This document shows, one piece after another, positions 7,988 through 17,661 of a stretch of DNA of 37,529 nt (within the stretch, counting starts at the first letter, position 1; each line of letters starts with the position of its first letter). Location: the IMG/VR virus record IMGVR_UViG_2718218168_000003; one strand, written 5' to 3'. The notes beneath the pieces are model-generated. The model saw only the letters and a list, made by a program, of their open reading frames with translations. It did no database searches and was not told the origin of the DNA. A program made the position numbers and the translations under genes. This DNA is from a virus (lineage: Duplodnaviria; Heunggongvirae; Uroviricota; Caudoviricetes).

Positions 7988-10471
7988 TTAACGAGGGTTT
8001 CGCGTATAGGTTTCAACTATGTCTGATGCACGTAATTTACATGTGATCAATTGTTCTCTTATAAATATCTCATCGTGTCGTTTATCACTTGTACAAATGG
8101 CCGTGATAAAACTGAGGATAGATGCTTTAAAACGTTCAAGATCATTTATGGTCATTATTCGAGACCCTTCGTTTAGTGTTGCGGCATATTCAGGCATGTT
8201 AGAGTGATGTATCATTATAGGTGTGGCGGTAGCAGTTTGATCATACATGTTTCTGAACCATGCACCCGACCCATTTAACTGATTGCAGTCATGCTTACTT
8301 ATTCTTTCTGCGGTTGCTCCATTTTTGCATTCAATTACTAGATAATTGTTTTCTCCCATTGCCCATAAATTGTCAGGTCCTTTACCTGTATCATTTTCTG
8401 GCCGTTGGCTACGAAAACCGACCAAATATGCAACTTTTTCGATAGCATCTTCGAAGGGATTCGATGTGCCCTCGGAGAAAATAAGGTTTTCTATTATTGA
8501 ATTAGTATGCACAACGACTTGATTCGCCGATTCAAAATTACTTCTGAGATAGGAGCTACATTCCCTGGCCTGTTCAAGTGCCGCACCATTAAGTCTATTA
8601 TATGTTACGCCGATTAGTGGTTTTAATACCCGATAGTTATCGTTTGATGCAGACTGAAGCAATATCTGAGCTTCAGATTTGTCATATAAGTTTACATATT
8701 CCGCAGCATGTTCTTTTAGATAACCCTTATAAACTTTGTCAGCTGTACTACTATCATTTTTTAGAGTTAAAGCGGCTTGTTGAAACATATTTCGTGATGC
8801 TAAGTCATATGCCAATCTTTTGTTTATAGTATGCTGGTCAATCTGCTTATTTTCCAATGTTAAGCCAGTCAATATACCTTTGCTTTTTGAGACCCAGTCA
8901 GAATTGCGTAACAGACAATAATCAAGAGCACCTTTGATTGAATCAATAGTTGTATCCGGCAGTATCGATACCAATTGCTGTGAAAGTTGAATTTGTGCTT
9001 TCGTTGCTGGAGAAAACCTTTCTAAGGAGGAGCCAAGGAAAACAGCGCCATTTAATGCTTTGCCAAGTAAGATCACTCCGCAGAAGTCGTCGCTTGATCT
9101 CACTCCTCGCCCCATTCCTTGTTCAATTTTCTGGATAATTTCATCTTTGGTTTTTTCGCTTCCAAGCAATAAGCTTTGTGAGACTTTATCTATTAGTCTA
9201 CGAACGTCAGGAAGTCCATCTATTACTAATAGACGACATGCGGTATTTGGTAAATCAATACCATCATATCTATTAACTAGGACTACTAAGCCAACATGTT
9301 GTGTCCTTAATTCTTGTACACCTTGATAAATTGTATTTTTATCTAATATTCTGTCTGCAACATCTTGCCAAAATCTAGTTCTGTAATCGGATGGTACAAT
9401 TACAACAACATTATGTTTGGAGGATATCTCCTTGCACATAGCTTTGATATCTACATCAGAAAGACTAGGGTTTATAACCTGAGGCATTAGTATCATTCTA
9501 TCACCAATATCACCAATTGTTTTTGGTGTTATCGGATTAGAGAGTGATTCATCCGTTATTCCGAAGTGGCTCGCTAGAATGGATTCATCGACAAGAGTAG
9601 CTGTCATGAATATTTTTCTTCTTGCGTTTGATAGGCTTGGGATCATTTGGATTGGTATGCAATGAGGTGATATCTCTATTTTGGAAGCACTTACAACGCA
9701 TTTCGATAATATTAGATTGTCTTTTATCAATGGCCATTTGAAACTCAAGTCATCATGGTCTTTATTTTCTAACAAGATTGTCATTATATCATTTATGCTT
9801 TCTTGCCATTTCCAAAATGGAACTCTCACATAAGCATTTCTATCGCCGGATTTTATCTCTAGTGTTTTTGCACCAGCTTGTGTCATTAGTGAATTTTCAA
9901 AAATTCTGAATAATTTATCATAGGCAGGGTTATTTTTTTGAATGCTAATGGAGAATTGTTCTTCAATTGAAGAAAGGCAAGCGTGAGCATCGTCAATTAT
10001 TATAGAACCTATTGGTATTTTTTGTCCATCATCTCCAACGCCAAATGCAGAACGTCCATTAACCACTTTGAATATATTTGTAACTAAAATTTCTTTACCT
10101 GCAATAAATTTGGGGGACCTCTCATCTTGAGTTACAGGTATACCAAGTTGATTAGCCTCCAAAACCACTTGCTCAACTAGATAGTTGTCAGGAACAACAT
10201 ATACAGCGGGACCTTCTCCTTCATTTATACAGCTTTTAAGAATGATTAATCCAACTGAAGTTTTACCGCTTCCGGTATTCATTTTTATTACATTGGTTGG
10301 GCTTCTCCTTGCTTCATACCATTTTTCCCAGACCTCTGATTGCACATCTCGAGGGTATTGAAATTTGGTGTCTTTGCTCGGTAGAGCTGTAAATATATCT
10401 CGCGGTGGAATCGCTGTGTCGCTATTTACACTGGGCGAAAGCTTGGTTAAATCAAGGAAAAAACCAGACAT
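7988..10471 (-). CDS. Cargo gene at the P2 tin/old hotspot: 827-aa SF2 helicase (Walker A MNTGSGKT, DExH-like IIIDDAHA, TAT motif, QGMGRGVRS motif VI) fused to a C-terminal PD-(D/E)xK nuclease motif (GPDNLW...LVIECK); candidate single-gene anti-phage defence protein
   Basis: Motifs read directly from the translation; AT-rich relative to the flanking phage genes; opposite strand; AGAGGA RBS before the ATG at 10471; sits exactly where P2 carries tin/old. Confidence 0.8.
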   Translation of the reverse strand: MSGFFLDLTKLSPSVNSDTAIPPRDIFTALPSKDTKFQYPRDVQSEVWEKWYEARRSPTNVIKMNTGSGKTSVGLIILKSCINEGEGPAVYVVPDNYLVEQVVLEANQLGIPVTQDERSPKFIAGKEILVTNIFKVVNGRSAFGVGDDGQKIPIGSIIIDDAHACLSSIEEQFSISIQKNNPAYDKLFRIFENSLMTQAGAKTLEIKSGDRNAYVRVPFWKWQESINDIMTILLENKDHDDLSFKWPLIKDNLILSKCVVSASKIEISPHCIPIQMIPSLSNARRKIFMTATLVDESILASHFGITDESLSNPITPKTIGDIGDRMILMPQVINPSLSDVDIKAMCKEISSKHNVVVIVPSDYRTRFWQDVADRILDKNTIYQGVQELRTQHVGLVVLVNRYDGIDLPNTACRLLVIDGLPDVRRLIDKVSQSLLLGSEKTKDEIIQKIEQGMGRGVRSSDDFCGVILLGKALNGAVFLGSSLERFSPATKAQIQLSQQLVSILPDTTIDSIKGALDYCLLRNSDWVSKSKGILTGLTLENKQIDQHTINKRLAYDLASRNMFQQAALTLKNDSSTADKVYKGYLKEHAAEYVNLYDKSEAQILLQSASNDNYRVLKPLIGVTYNRLNGAALEQARECSSYLRSNFESANQVVVHTNSIIENLIFSEGTSNPFEDAIEKVAYLVGFRSQRPENDTGKGPDNLWAMGENNYLVIECKNGATAERISKHDCNQLNGSGAWFRNMYDQTATATPIMIHHSNMPEYAATLNEGSRIMTINDLERFKASILSFITAICTSDKRHDEIFIREQLITCKLRASDIVETYTRNPR

Positions 10472-10532
10472 TTTTTATCCTCTTACAGGTACATTAGTTT
10501 AATTGTTAACGCAGAATTATCATTACCATAAC

Positions 10533-10559
10533 TTGCATTAAGTTGCATTACATTGCATT
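10533..10559. promoter_or_regulatory. Three direct TTGCATT repeats phased at exactly 10 bp (10533, 10543, 10553) in the putative promoter region of the helicase-nuclease gene
   Basis: Seen in sequence; helical-turn phasing suggests a protein-binding array or bent DNA. Confidence 0.35.
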
Positions 10560-10654
10560 CATAAACGTTAGCTAGGGGCGAAGTCTGAGGTTTGATGGGC
10601 TATGGTGTCCCCTTTAATACGAGGTTGCATCAAAACCGCCCCATGAAGCGGGCG

Positions 10655-10673
10655 GGCGAGGCGGGGAAAGCAC
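10655..10673. other. cos site: 19-nt P2 cohesive-end sequence GGCGAGGCGGGGAAAGCAC
   Basis: Exact match to the recalled P2 cohesive end; positioned just beyond the 3-prime end of Q, as in P2. Confidence 0.8.
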
Positions 10674-10823
10674 TGCGCGCTGGCGGTGGTGCTGATTTTA
10701 TTTTTTCAGCGTCTCAGCGTCTCAGCGCGTCGTGACGGCGTTTGGATTGTGCGCCGGGGCGTTGGTGTGTCTGCGGGGTGTTTTGTGCGGTGGTGAGCGT
10801 GTGAGGGCGTGATGACGGGGTGT

Positions 10824-10845
10824 AAAAAAGCCGCCCGCAGGCGGC
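10824..10845 (-). terminator. Rho-independent terminator downstream of Q (stem GCCGCC / GGCGGC followed by U6 on the minus strand)
   Basis: GC hairpin and A6 run on the plus strand immediately 3-prime of the Q stop. Confidence 0.55.
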
Positions 10846-10850
10846 GATGT

Positions 10851-11885
10851 TCAGCCGTTGTCAGTGTCCAGTGAGTAGTTTTTAAAGCGGATGACCTCCT
10901 GACCGAGCCAGCCGTTTATCTCGCAGATCCTGTCCTGTAACGGGATAAGTTCATTGCGGACAAAGACCTTTGCCACTTTCTCAATATCACCCAGCGACCC
11001 GACGTTCTCCGGCTTGCCGCCCATCAACTGAAAGGGGATGCGGTGCGCGTCCAGCAGGTCAGCGGCGCTGGCTTTTTTGATATTAAAAAAATCGTCCTTC
11101 GTTGCCACTTCACTGAGCGGGATAATTTTAATGCCGTCAGCTTTCCCCTGCGGGGCATAGAGAAACAGGTTTTTAAAGTTGTTGCGGCCTTTCGACTTCA
11201 CCATGTTTTCGCGAAGCATTTCGATATCGTTGCGATCCTGCACGGCATCGGTGACGTACATGATGTATCCGGCATGTGCGCCGTTTTCGTAATACTTGCG
11301 GCGGAACAGCGTGGCCGACTCATTCAGCCAGGCAGAGTTAAGGGCGCTGAGATATTCCGGCAGGCCGTACAGCTCCTGATTAATATCCGGCTCCAGCAGG
11401 TGAAACACGGAACCGGGCGCGAAGGCTGTCGGCTCGTTGAAGGACGGCACCCACCAGTAAACATCCTCCTCCACGCCACGGCGGGTATATTTTGCCGGTG
11501 AGGTTTCCAGTCTGATGACCTTACCGGTGGTGCTGTAACGCTTTTCCAGAAATGCATTACCGAACACCAGAAAATCCAGCACAAAGCGGCTGAAATCCTG
11601 CTGGGAAAGCCACGGGTGCGGGATAAATGTCGAGGCCAGAATATTGCGTTTGACGTAAATCGGCGAGCTGTGATGCACGGCAGCACGCAGGCTTTTTGCC
11701 AGACCGGTAAAGCTGACCGGTGGCTCATACCATCTGCCGTTACTGATGCACTCGACATAATCCAGAATGTCACGGCGGTCGAGTACCGGCACCGGCTCAC
11801 CAAAGGTGAATGCCTCCATTTTCGGGGCGCTGGCGGTCATTTTTTTTGCCGCAGGTTGCGGTGTTTTCCCTTTTTTCTTGCTCAT
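10851..11885 (-). CDS. Q: Portal protein gpQ (344 aa)
   Basis: Full ORF; recalled as P2 gpQ; canonical position next to cos. Confidence 0.93.
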   Translation of the reverse strand: MSKKKGKTPQPAAKKMTASAPKMEAFTFGEPVPVLDRRDILDYVECISNGRWYEPPVSFTGLAKSLRAAVHHSSPIYVKRNILASTFIPHPWLSQQDFSRFVLDFLVFGNAFLEKRYSTTGKVIRLETSPAKYTRRGVEEDVYWWVPSFNEPTAFAPGSVFHLLEPDINQELYGLPEYLSALNSAWLNESATLFRRKYYENGAHAGYIMYVTDAVQDRNDIEMLRENMVKSKGRNNFKNLFLYAPQGKADGIKIIPLSEVATKDDFFNIKKASAADLLDAHRIPFQLMGGKPENVGSLGDIEKVAKVFVRNELIPLQDRICEINGWLGQEVIRFKNYSLDTDNG

Positions 11886-13657
11886 CAGTAAAACTCCAGA
11901 ATGGTGGATGTCAGCGGGGTGCTGATACCGGCGGTGAGTGGCTCATTTAACAGGGCGTGCATGGTCGCCCAGGCGAGGTCGGCGTGGCTGGCTTCCTCGC
12001 TGCGGCTGGCCTCATAGGTGGCGCTGCGTCCGCTGCTGGTCATGGTCTTGCGGATAGCCATAAACGAGCTGGTGATGTCGGTGGCGCTGACGTCATATTC
12101 CAGACAGCCACGGCGGATAACGTCTTTTGCCTTGAGCACCATTGCGGTTTTCATTTCCGGTGTGTAGCGGATATCGCGCGCGGCGGGATAGAACGAGCGC
12201 ACGAGCTGGAACACGCCGACACCGAGGCCGGTGGCATCAATACCGATGTATTCGACGTTGTATTTCTCGGTGAGTTTGCGGATGGATTCCGCCTGGGTGG
12301 CAAAGTCCATGCCTTTCCACTGGTGACGCTCAAGTATTCTGAATTTCCCACCGGCCACCACCGGCGGTGCCAGTACCACGCATCCGGCGCTGTCGCCACG
12401 GTGTGACGGGTCGTAACCAATCCATACCGGACGTGAGCCGAACGGATTGGCGGCAAACGGCGCATAGTCTTCCCATTCTTCCAGCGTGTCGACCATGCAG
12501 CGTTGCAGCTCCTCGAACGGGAACACCGACGCCTTGTCGTCAACAAATTCACACATGAACAGGTTTTTAAAATCGTCGGCGCTGTTTTCACGTTTGAGCT
12601 GCTCAATGTCGAACAGCGTGCAGCCGCCTTTCAGGGCATCCTCAATGGTGACAATCTGCCGCCACTGGCCGTCCGCACAGAGAAGACCTCCGGCAAGGGC
12701 GTTATGACTGACGTCGATTTCCACGCGTTCGGCGGCGCTGGCGCGTCCCCGGTTGAATAGTTCACCCGACCAGAACGGGTAGGCGTCGTGCGCCAGCGTG
12801 GACGGGGTGGAGAAATAGGTCGAGCGCAGGTGACTCTGTGAGGCCATACCTGATGCCACCTTACGCAGTACCTGAAAATTCGGGATCCAGAAAATCTCGT
12901 CGACGTACAGGTCGCCGTTATGGCTCTGTGCGGTGTTGGAGTTGGTGCCGAGAAAAATCAGTTTTGCGCCGTTATTGCCCAGGACAATCGGGTCACCGGT
13001 CAGGTCAACGTCAACCAGACGGGCAAAGGCGATGATGTATTCGCGGAACACATACGCCTGCGTTTTACTGGCCGACAGAAAAATCTGGTTATGACCGGTT
13101 TTCAGGGCGCGCAGCAGCGCCTCGCGGGAAAAATAAAACGTCGCGCCAATCTGGCGGGATTTCAGGATATCGCGGATGCGGTGCTCAAGCCCGGCGCGAT
13201 ACCAGTGCAACTGATAGTCGAAAGACTGCTCAAAGAAAATCTGCTCCAGCTTTTCGATGGCCTCGTCACTGAAAAAATTCTTTTTCGGTTTGCGCCGCCC
13301 GCCTTTGTTGCGGTTAGCGACGTTCGGATTAAGGTCTGCCTCGTTGCCGGTCTGGCTGTAGCGGTTTACCCGTGCCAGTCGTTCAATCTGGCGTCCGAGC
13401 AGGTCAATTTCCTTGAAGTCACCGCCGGTTTTCTGCGGTTTGATGATGAGCTGGGTCAGCCGCGCTTCCAGGCTCATTTCGACACGGCTGATGGGGGCAA
13501 CACTGTCCCAGCCGTCGCGCTGTTTCCAGCTCTGCACCGTCGGGCGTTTCATCTGCAACATGGCGGCAATCTGCGGCACGGAAAATCCCTGCCAGTACAG
13601 CAGCGCCGCCTGACGACGCGGGTCGTGTAAAAGAGTGGTGTCTGTGGTGATGGTCAT
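11885..13657 (-). CDS. P: Terminase large subunit (ATPase) gpP, about 590 aa
   Basis: Start chosen at MTITTDTTLLHDP (ATG complement at 13655..13657), matching the recalled P2 gpP N-terminus; the ORF track extends 10 codons further upstream. Confidence 0.9.
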   Translation of the reverse strand: MTITTDTTLLHDPRRQAALLYWQGFSVPQIAAMLQMKRPTVQSWKQRDGWDSVAPISRVEMSLEARLTQLIIKPQKTGGDFKEIDLLGRQIERLARVNRYSQTGNEADLNPNVANRNKGGRRKPKKNFFSDEAIEKLEQIFFEQSFDYQLHWYRAGLEHRIRDILKSRQIGATFYFSREALLRALKTGHNQIFLSASKTQAYVFREYIIAFARLVDVDLTGDPIVLGNNGAKLIFLGTNSNTAQSHNGDLYVDEIFWIPNFQVLRKVASGMASQSHLRSTYFSTPSTLAHDAYPFWSGELFNRGRASAAERVEIDVSHNALAGGLLCADGQWRQIVTIEDALKGGCTLFDIEQLKRENSADDFKNLFMCEFVDDKASVFPFEELQRCMVDTLEEWEDYAPFAANPFGSRPVWIGYDPSHRGDSAGCVVLAPPVVAGGKFRILERHQWKGMDFATQAESIRKLTEKYNVEYIGIDATGLGVGVFQLVRSFYPAARDIRYTPEMKTAMVLKAKDVIRRGCLEYDVSATDITSSFMAIRKTMTSSGRSATYEASRSEEASHADLAWATMHALLNEPLTAGISTPLTSTILEFY

Positions 13658-13830
13658 GAATACCTCGCCGTGATGAATACACGGCAAGGCTACTGAGTCG
13701 CGCCCCGCGATTCGCTAAGGTGCTGTTGTGTCAGTGATAAGCCATCCGGGACTGATGGCGGAGGATGCGCATCGTCGGGAAACTGATGCCGACATGTGAC
13801 TCCTCTAATCACTATTCAGGACTCCTGACA
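13658..13830. promoter_or_regulatory. Divergent late promoter region (P2 PP leftward, PO rightward); Ogr-dependent
   Basis: Intergenic region between divergent P and O; assignment by P2 architecture; contains the dyad CCATCCGGGACTGATGG; an exact TGT-N12-ACA element was not confirmed by eye. Confidence 0.45.
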
Positions 13831-14685
13831 ATGGCAAAAAAAGTCTCAAAATTCTTTCGTATCGGCGTTGAGGGTGACACCTGTGACGGGCGTGTCATCA
13901 GTGCGCAGGATATTCAGGAAATGGCCGAAACCTTTGACCCGCGTGTCTATGGTTGCCGCATTAACCTGGAACATCTGCGCGGCATCCTGCCTGACGGTAT
14001 TTTTAAACGTTATGGCGATGTGGCCGAACTGAAGGCCGAAAAGATTGACGATGATTCGGCGCTGAACGGCAAATGGGCGCTGTTTGCGAAAATCACCCCG
14101 ACCGATGACCTTATTGCGATGAACAAGGCCGCGCAGAAGGTCTATACCTCAATGGAAATTCAGCCGAACTTTGCCAATACAGGCAAATGTTATCTGGTGG
14201 GTCTGGCCGTCACCGATGACCCGGCAAGCCTCGGCACGGAATACCTGGAATTCTGCCGCACGGCAAAACACAACCCTCTGAACCGCTTCAAATTAAGCCC
14301 TGAAAACCTGATTTCAGTGGCAACGCCTGTTGAGCTGGAATTTGAAGACCTGCCTGAAACCGTGTTCACCGCCCTGACCGAAAAGGTGAAATCCATTTTT
14401 GGCCGCAAACAGGCCAGCGATGACGCCCGTCTGAATGATGTGCATGAAGCGGTGACCGCTGTTGCTGAACATGTGCAGGAAAAACTGAGCGCCACTGAGC
14501 AGCGCCTCGCTGAGATGGAAACCGCCTTTTCCGCACTTAAGCAGGATGTGACTGACAGGGCGGATGAAACCAGCCAGGCATTCACCCGCTTGAAAAACAG
14601 TCTCGACCACACCGAAAGTCTGACCCAGCAGCGCCGCAGCAAGGCCACTGGCGGTGGCGGTGATGCCCTGCTGACGAACTGCTGA
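13831..14685 (+). CDS. O: Capsid scaffolding protein gpO (284 aa)
   Basis: Start MAKKVSKFF at 13831 matches recalled P2 gpO; the ORF track starts further upstream at 13765. Confidence 0.9.
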   Translation: MAKKVSKFFRIGVEGDTCDGRVISAQDIQEMAETFDPRVYGCRINLEHLRGILPDGIFKRYGDVAELKAEKIDDDSALNGKWALFAKITPTDDLIAMNKAAQKVYTSMEIQPNFANTGKCYLVGLAVTDDPASLGTEYLEFCRTAKHNPLNRFKLSPENLISVATPVELEFEDLPETVFTALTEKVKSIFGRKQASDDARLNDVHEAVTAVAEHVQEKLSATEQRLAEMETAFSALKQDVTDRADETSQAFTRLKNSLDHTESLTQQRRSKATGGGGDALLTNC

Positions 14686-14743
14686 CCGGCGTCAGTCAGT
14701 CCGGGAAAACCTTCACGATTAACCCTTAATTTCAGGAAAAACT

Positions 14744-15817
14744 ATGCGCCAGGAAACCCGCTTTAAATTTAATGCTTACCTGTCCCGTGTTGCCGAACTG
14801 AACGGCATCGACGCCGGTGATGTGTCGAAAAAATTCACCGTTGAACCGTCGGTCACCCAGACCCTGATGAACACCATGCAGGAGTCCTCTGACTTTCTGA
14901 CCCGCATCAACATTGTGCCGGTCAGCGAAATGAAAGGGGAAAAAATTGGCATCGGTGTCACCGGCTCCATCGCCAGCACCACCGACACCGCCGGTGGCAC
15001 CGAGCGTCAGCCGAAGGACTTCTCGAAGCTGGCGTCTAACAAGTACGAATGCGACCAGATTAACTTCGATTTTTATATCCGCTACAAAACGCTGGACCTG
15101 TGGGCGCGTTATCAGGATTTCCAGCTCCGTATCCGTAACGCCATTATCAAACGCCAGTCCCTTGATTTAATCATGGCCGGTTTTAACGGCGTGAAGCGTG
15201 CCGAAACCTCTGACCGCAGCAGTAACCCGATGCTGCAGGATGTGGCGGTCGGCTGGCTGCAGAAATACCGCAATGAAGCCCCGGCGCGCGTGATGAGCAA
15301 GGTTACTGACGAGGAAGGTCACACGACCTCTGAGGTCATCCGCGTGGGTAAGGGCGGTGATTATGCCAGCCTCGATGCACTGGTGATGGATGCGACCAAC
15401 AACCTGATTGAACCGTGGTATCAGGAAGACCCTGACCTTGTGGTGATTGTGGGTCGTCAGCTACTGGCGGACAAGTATTTCCCCATCGTTAACAAGGAGC
15501 AGGACAACAGCGAAATGCTGGCCGCTGACGTCATCATCAGCCAGAAACGCATCGGTAACCTGCCGGCGGTACGCGTCCCGTACTTCCCGGCGGATGCGAT
15601 GCTCATCACGAAGCTGGAAAACCTGTCCATCTACTACATGGATGACAGCCATCGCCGCGTGATTGTGGAAAACCCGAAACTCGACCGCGTGGAGAACTAC
15701 GAGTCAATGAACATTGATTACGTGGTGGAAGACTACGCCGCCGGTTGTCTGGTGGAAAAAATTAAGGTCGGTGATTTCTCCACACCGGCTAAGGCGACCG
15801 CAGAGCCGGGAGCGTAA
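14744..15817 (+). CDS. N: Major capsid protein gpN (357 aa)
   Basis: Full ORF; recalled as P2 gpN. Confidence 0.95.
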   Translation: MRQETRFKFNAYLSRVAELNGIDAGDVSKKFTVEPSVTQTLMNTMQESSDFLTRINIVPVSEMKGEKIGIGVTGSIASTTDTAGGTERQPKDFSKLASNKYECDQINFDFYIRYKTLDLWARYQDFQLRIRNAIIKRQSLDLIMAGFNGVKRAETSDRSSNPMLQDVAVGWLQKYRNEAPARVMSKVTDEEGHTTSEVIRVGKGGDYASLDALVMDATNNLIEPWYQEDPDLVVIVGRQLLADKYFPIVNKEQDNSEMLAADVIISQKRIGNLPAVRVPYFPADAMLITKLENLSIYYMDDSHRRVIVENPKLDRVENYESMNIDYVVEDYAAGCLVEKIKVGDFSTPAKATAEPGA

Positions 15818-15820
15818 CCG

Positions 15821-16564
15821 ATGACGAGTCCCGCACAGCGCCACATGATGCGGGTCTCGGCAGCGATGACCGCGCAGCGGGAAGCCGCCCCGCTGCGACA
15901 TGCAACTGTCTATGAGCAGATGCTGGTCAAGCTGGCCGCAGACCAGCGCACACTGAAAGCGATTTATTCAAAAGAGCTTAAGGCCGCGAAAAAACGCGAA
16001 CTGTTGCCGTTCTGGTTGCCGTGGGTGAACGGCGTGCTGGAGCAGGGCAAAGGTGCACAGGATGACATTCTGATGACGGTCATGCTGTGGCGTCTGGATA
16101 CCGGCGATATTGCCGGTGCGCTGGAGATTGCCCGTTATGCCCTGAAGTACGGTCTGACCATGCCGGGTAAACACCGCCGCACCCCGCCGTACATGTTCAC
16201 CGAGGAGGTGGCGCTCGCGGCCATGCGCGCCCACGCTGCCGGTGAGTCTGTGGATCCCCGCCTGCTGACGGAGACCCTCGAACTGACCGCCACGGCTGAC
16301 ATGCCTGATGAAGTGCGCGCAAAGCTGCACAAAATCACCGGTCTGTTTCTGCGTGACGGTGGTGATGCCGCCGGTGCGCTGGCTCACCTGCAACGTGCGA
16401 CACAGCTCGACTGTCAGGCAGGCGTCAAAAAAGAGATTGAACGACTGGAGCGGGAGCTGAAACCGAAGCCGGAGCCGCAACCCAAAGCGGCCACCCGTGC
16501 CACGCGTAAGACCCGGAGCGTGACACCGGCAAAACGTGGACGCCCGAAAAAGAAAGCCAGTTAA
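15821..16564 (+). CDS. M: Terminase small (endonuclease) subunit gpM (247 aa)
   Basis: Full ORF; recalled as P2 gpM. Confidence 0.93.
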   Translation: MTSPAQRHMMRVSAAMTAQREAAPLRHATVYEQMLVKLAADQRTLKAIYSKELKAAKKRELLPFWLPWVNGVLEQGKGAQDDILMTVMLWRLDTGDIAGALEIARYALKYGLTMPGKHRRTPPYMFTEEVALAAMRAHAAGESVDPRLLTETLELTATADMPDEVRAKLHKITGLFLRDGGDAAGALAHLQRATQLDCQAGVKKEIERLERELKPKPEPQPKAATRATRKTRSVTPAKRGRPKKKAS

Positions 16565-16663
16565 CAACCGAATGCGCCCCGCGCCAGGGCGGCACGCCGG
16601 TCAGTGAGGGTGAATCACCTGACACTACACCGGCGTCCACCGCCCGACTTTTCAGAGGTAGTC

Positions 16664-17173
16664 ATGATGACGCTGATTATTCCGCGAAAGGAGGCTCCCG
16701 TGTCCGGTGAGGGTACGGTGGTCATCCCGCAACCGGCAGGCGACGAGCCGGTGATTAAAAACACGTTCTTTTTTCCCGATATCGACCCGAAGCGCGTCCG
16801 GGAACGTATGCGCCTTGAGCAGACCGTCGCCCCCGCCCGTCTGCGTGAGGCCATCAAGTCAGGCATGGCTGAAACGAATGCGGAGCTGTACGAGTACCGC
16901 GAACAGAAAATTGCTGCCGGTTTTACGCGTCTGGCGGACGTCCCGGCGGACGACATCGACGGTGAAAGCATCAAAGTTTTTTACTACGAGCGCGCCGTGT
17001 GTGCGATGGCGACCGCGTCGCTTTATGAGCGTTATCGCGGCGTGGATGCCAGTGCGAAAGGCGACAAGAAGGCTGACAGCATTGACAGCACCATTGATGA
17101 ACTGTGGCGGGATATGCGCTGGGCAGTGGCGCGCATCCAGGACAAGCCGCGCTGCATCGTGAGTCAAATCTGA
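16664..17173 (+). CDS. L: Head completion/stabilisation protein gpL (169 aa)
   Basis: Start MMTLIIPRKE at 16664 matches recalled P2 gpL. Confidence 0.88.
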   Translation: MMTLIIPRKEAPVSGEGTVVIPQPAGDEPVIKNTFFFPDIDPKRVRERMRLEQTVAPARLREAIKSGMAETNAELYEYREQKIAAGFTRLADVPADDIDGESIKVFYYERAVCAMATASLYERYRGVDASAKGDKKADSIDSTIDELWRDMRWAVARIQDKPRCIVSQI

Positions 17174-17376
17174 TGAAGACCTTTGCGCTACAGGGCGACA
17201 CGCTCGACGCCATTTGTGTCCGGTATTACGGGCGCACTGAGGGCGTGGTTGAAGCCGTGCTTGCCGCAAATCCGGGACTGGCTGAACTGGGTGCGGTGCT
17301 GCCGCACGGCACCGCCGTCGAACTGCCCGACGTTCAGACCGCGCCCGTGGCTGAAACTGTCAATCTGTGGGAGTAA
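17173..17376 (+). CDS. X: Tail protein gpX (67 aa)
   Basis: Start MKTFALQGD at 17173, overlapping the L stop; recalled as P2 gpX. Confidence 0.85.
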   Translation: MKTFALQGDTLDAICVRYYGRTEGVVEAVLAANPGLAELGAVLPHGTAVELPDVQTAPVAETVNLWE

Positions 17377-17379
17377 CGC

Positions 17380-17661
17380 ATGACAGCAGAAGAAAAAAGC
17401 GTCCTGTCGCTTTTCATGATTGGGGTGCTGATTGTTGTCGGCAAGGTGCTTGCCGGTGGTGAACCCATCACCCCGCGTCTGTTTATCGGGCGCATGTTGC
17501 TCGGTGGTTTTGTCTCGATGGTTGCCGGTGTTGTTCTGGTGCAGTTTCCTGACCTGTCACTGCCTGCGGTGTGCGGCATTGGCTCCATGCTGGGTATCGC
17601 CGGTTATCAGGTGATTGAGATTGCCATTCAGCGCCGCTTTAAGGGCAGGGGGAAACCGTAA
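17380..17661 (+). CDS. Y: Holin gpY (93 aa)
   Basis: Hydrophobic transmembrane-rich ORF in the lysis cassette; recalled as P2 Y. Confidence 0.88.
   Translation: MTAEEKSVLSLFMIGVLIVVGKVLAGGEPITPRLFIGRMLLGGFVSMVAGVVLVQFPDLSLPAVCGIGSMLGIAGYQVIEIAIQRRFKGRGKP

Noticed and set aside
7988-10471. Interpretation of the helicase-nuclease as the R subunit of a Type III or Type I restriction-modification system
   Set aside because: No methyltransferase or specificity gene is adjacent on either side; the flanks are phage A and cos. The domain order fits Type III Res loosely, but without a Mod partner it is better treated as an orphan defence helicase-nuclease.
11043-13630. Antisense or alternative-frame ORFs inside Q and P (for example 11043..11501 plus, 11324..11803 minus, 11957..12406 plus, 12920..13630 plus)
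   Set aside because: They lie within the well-supported portal and terminase reading frames; long spurious ORFs are expected on the opposite strand of GC-rich coding DNA, and none has an RBS or a recognisable motif.
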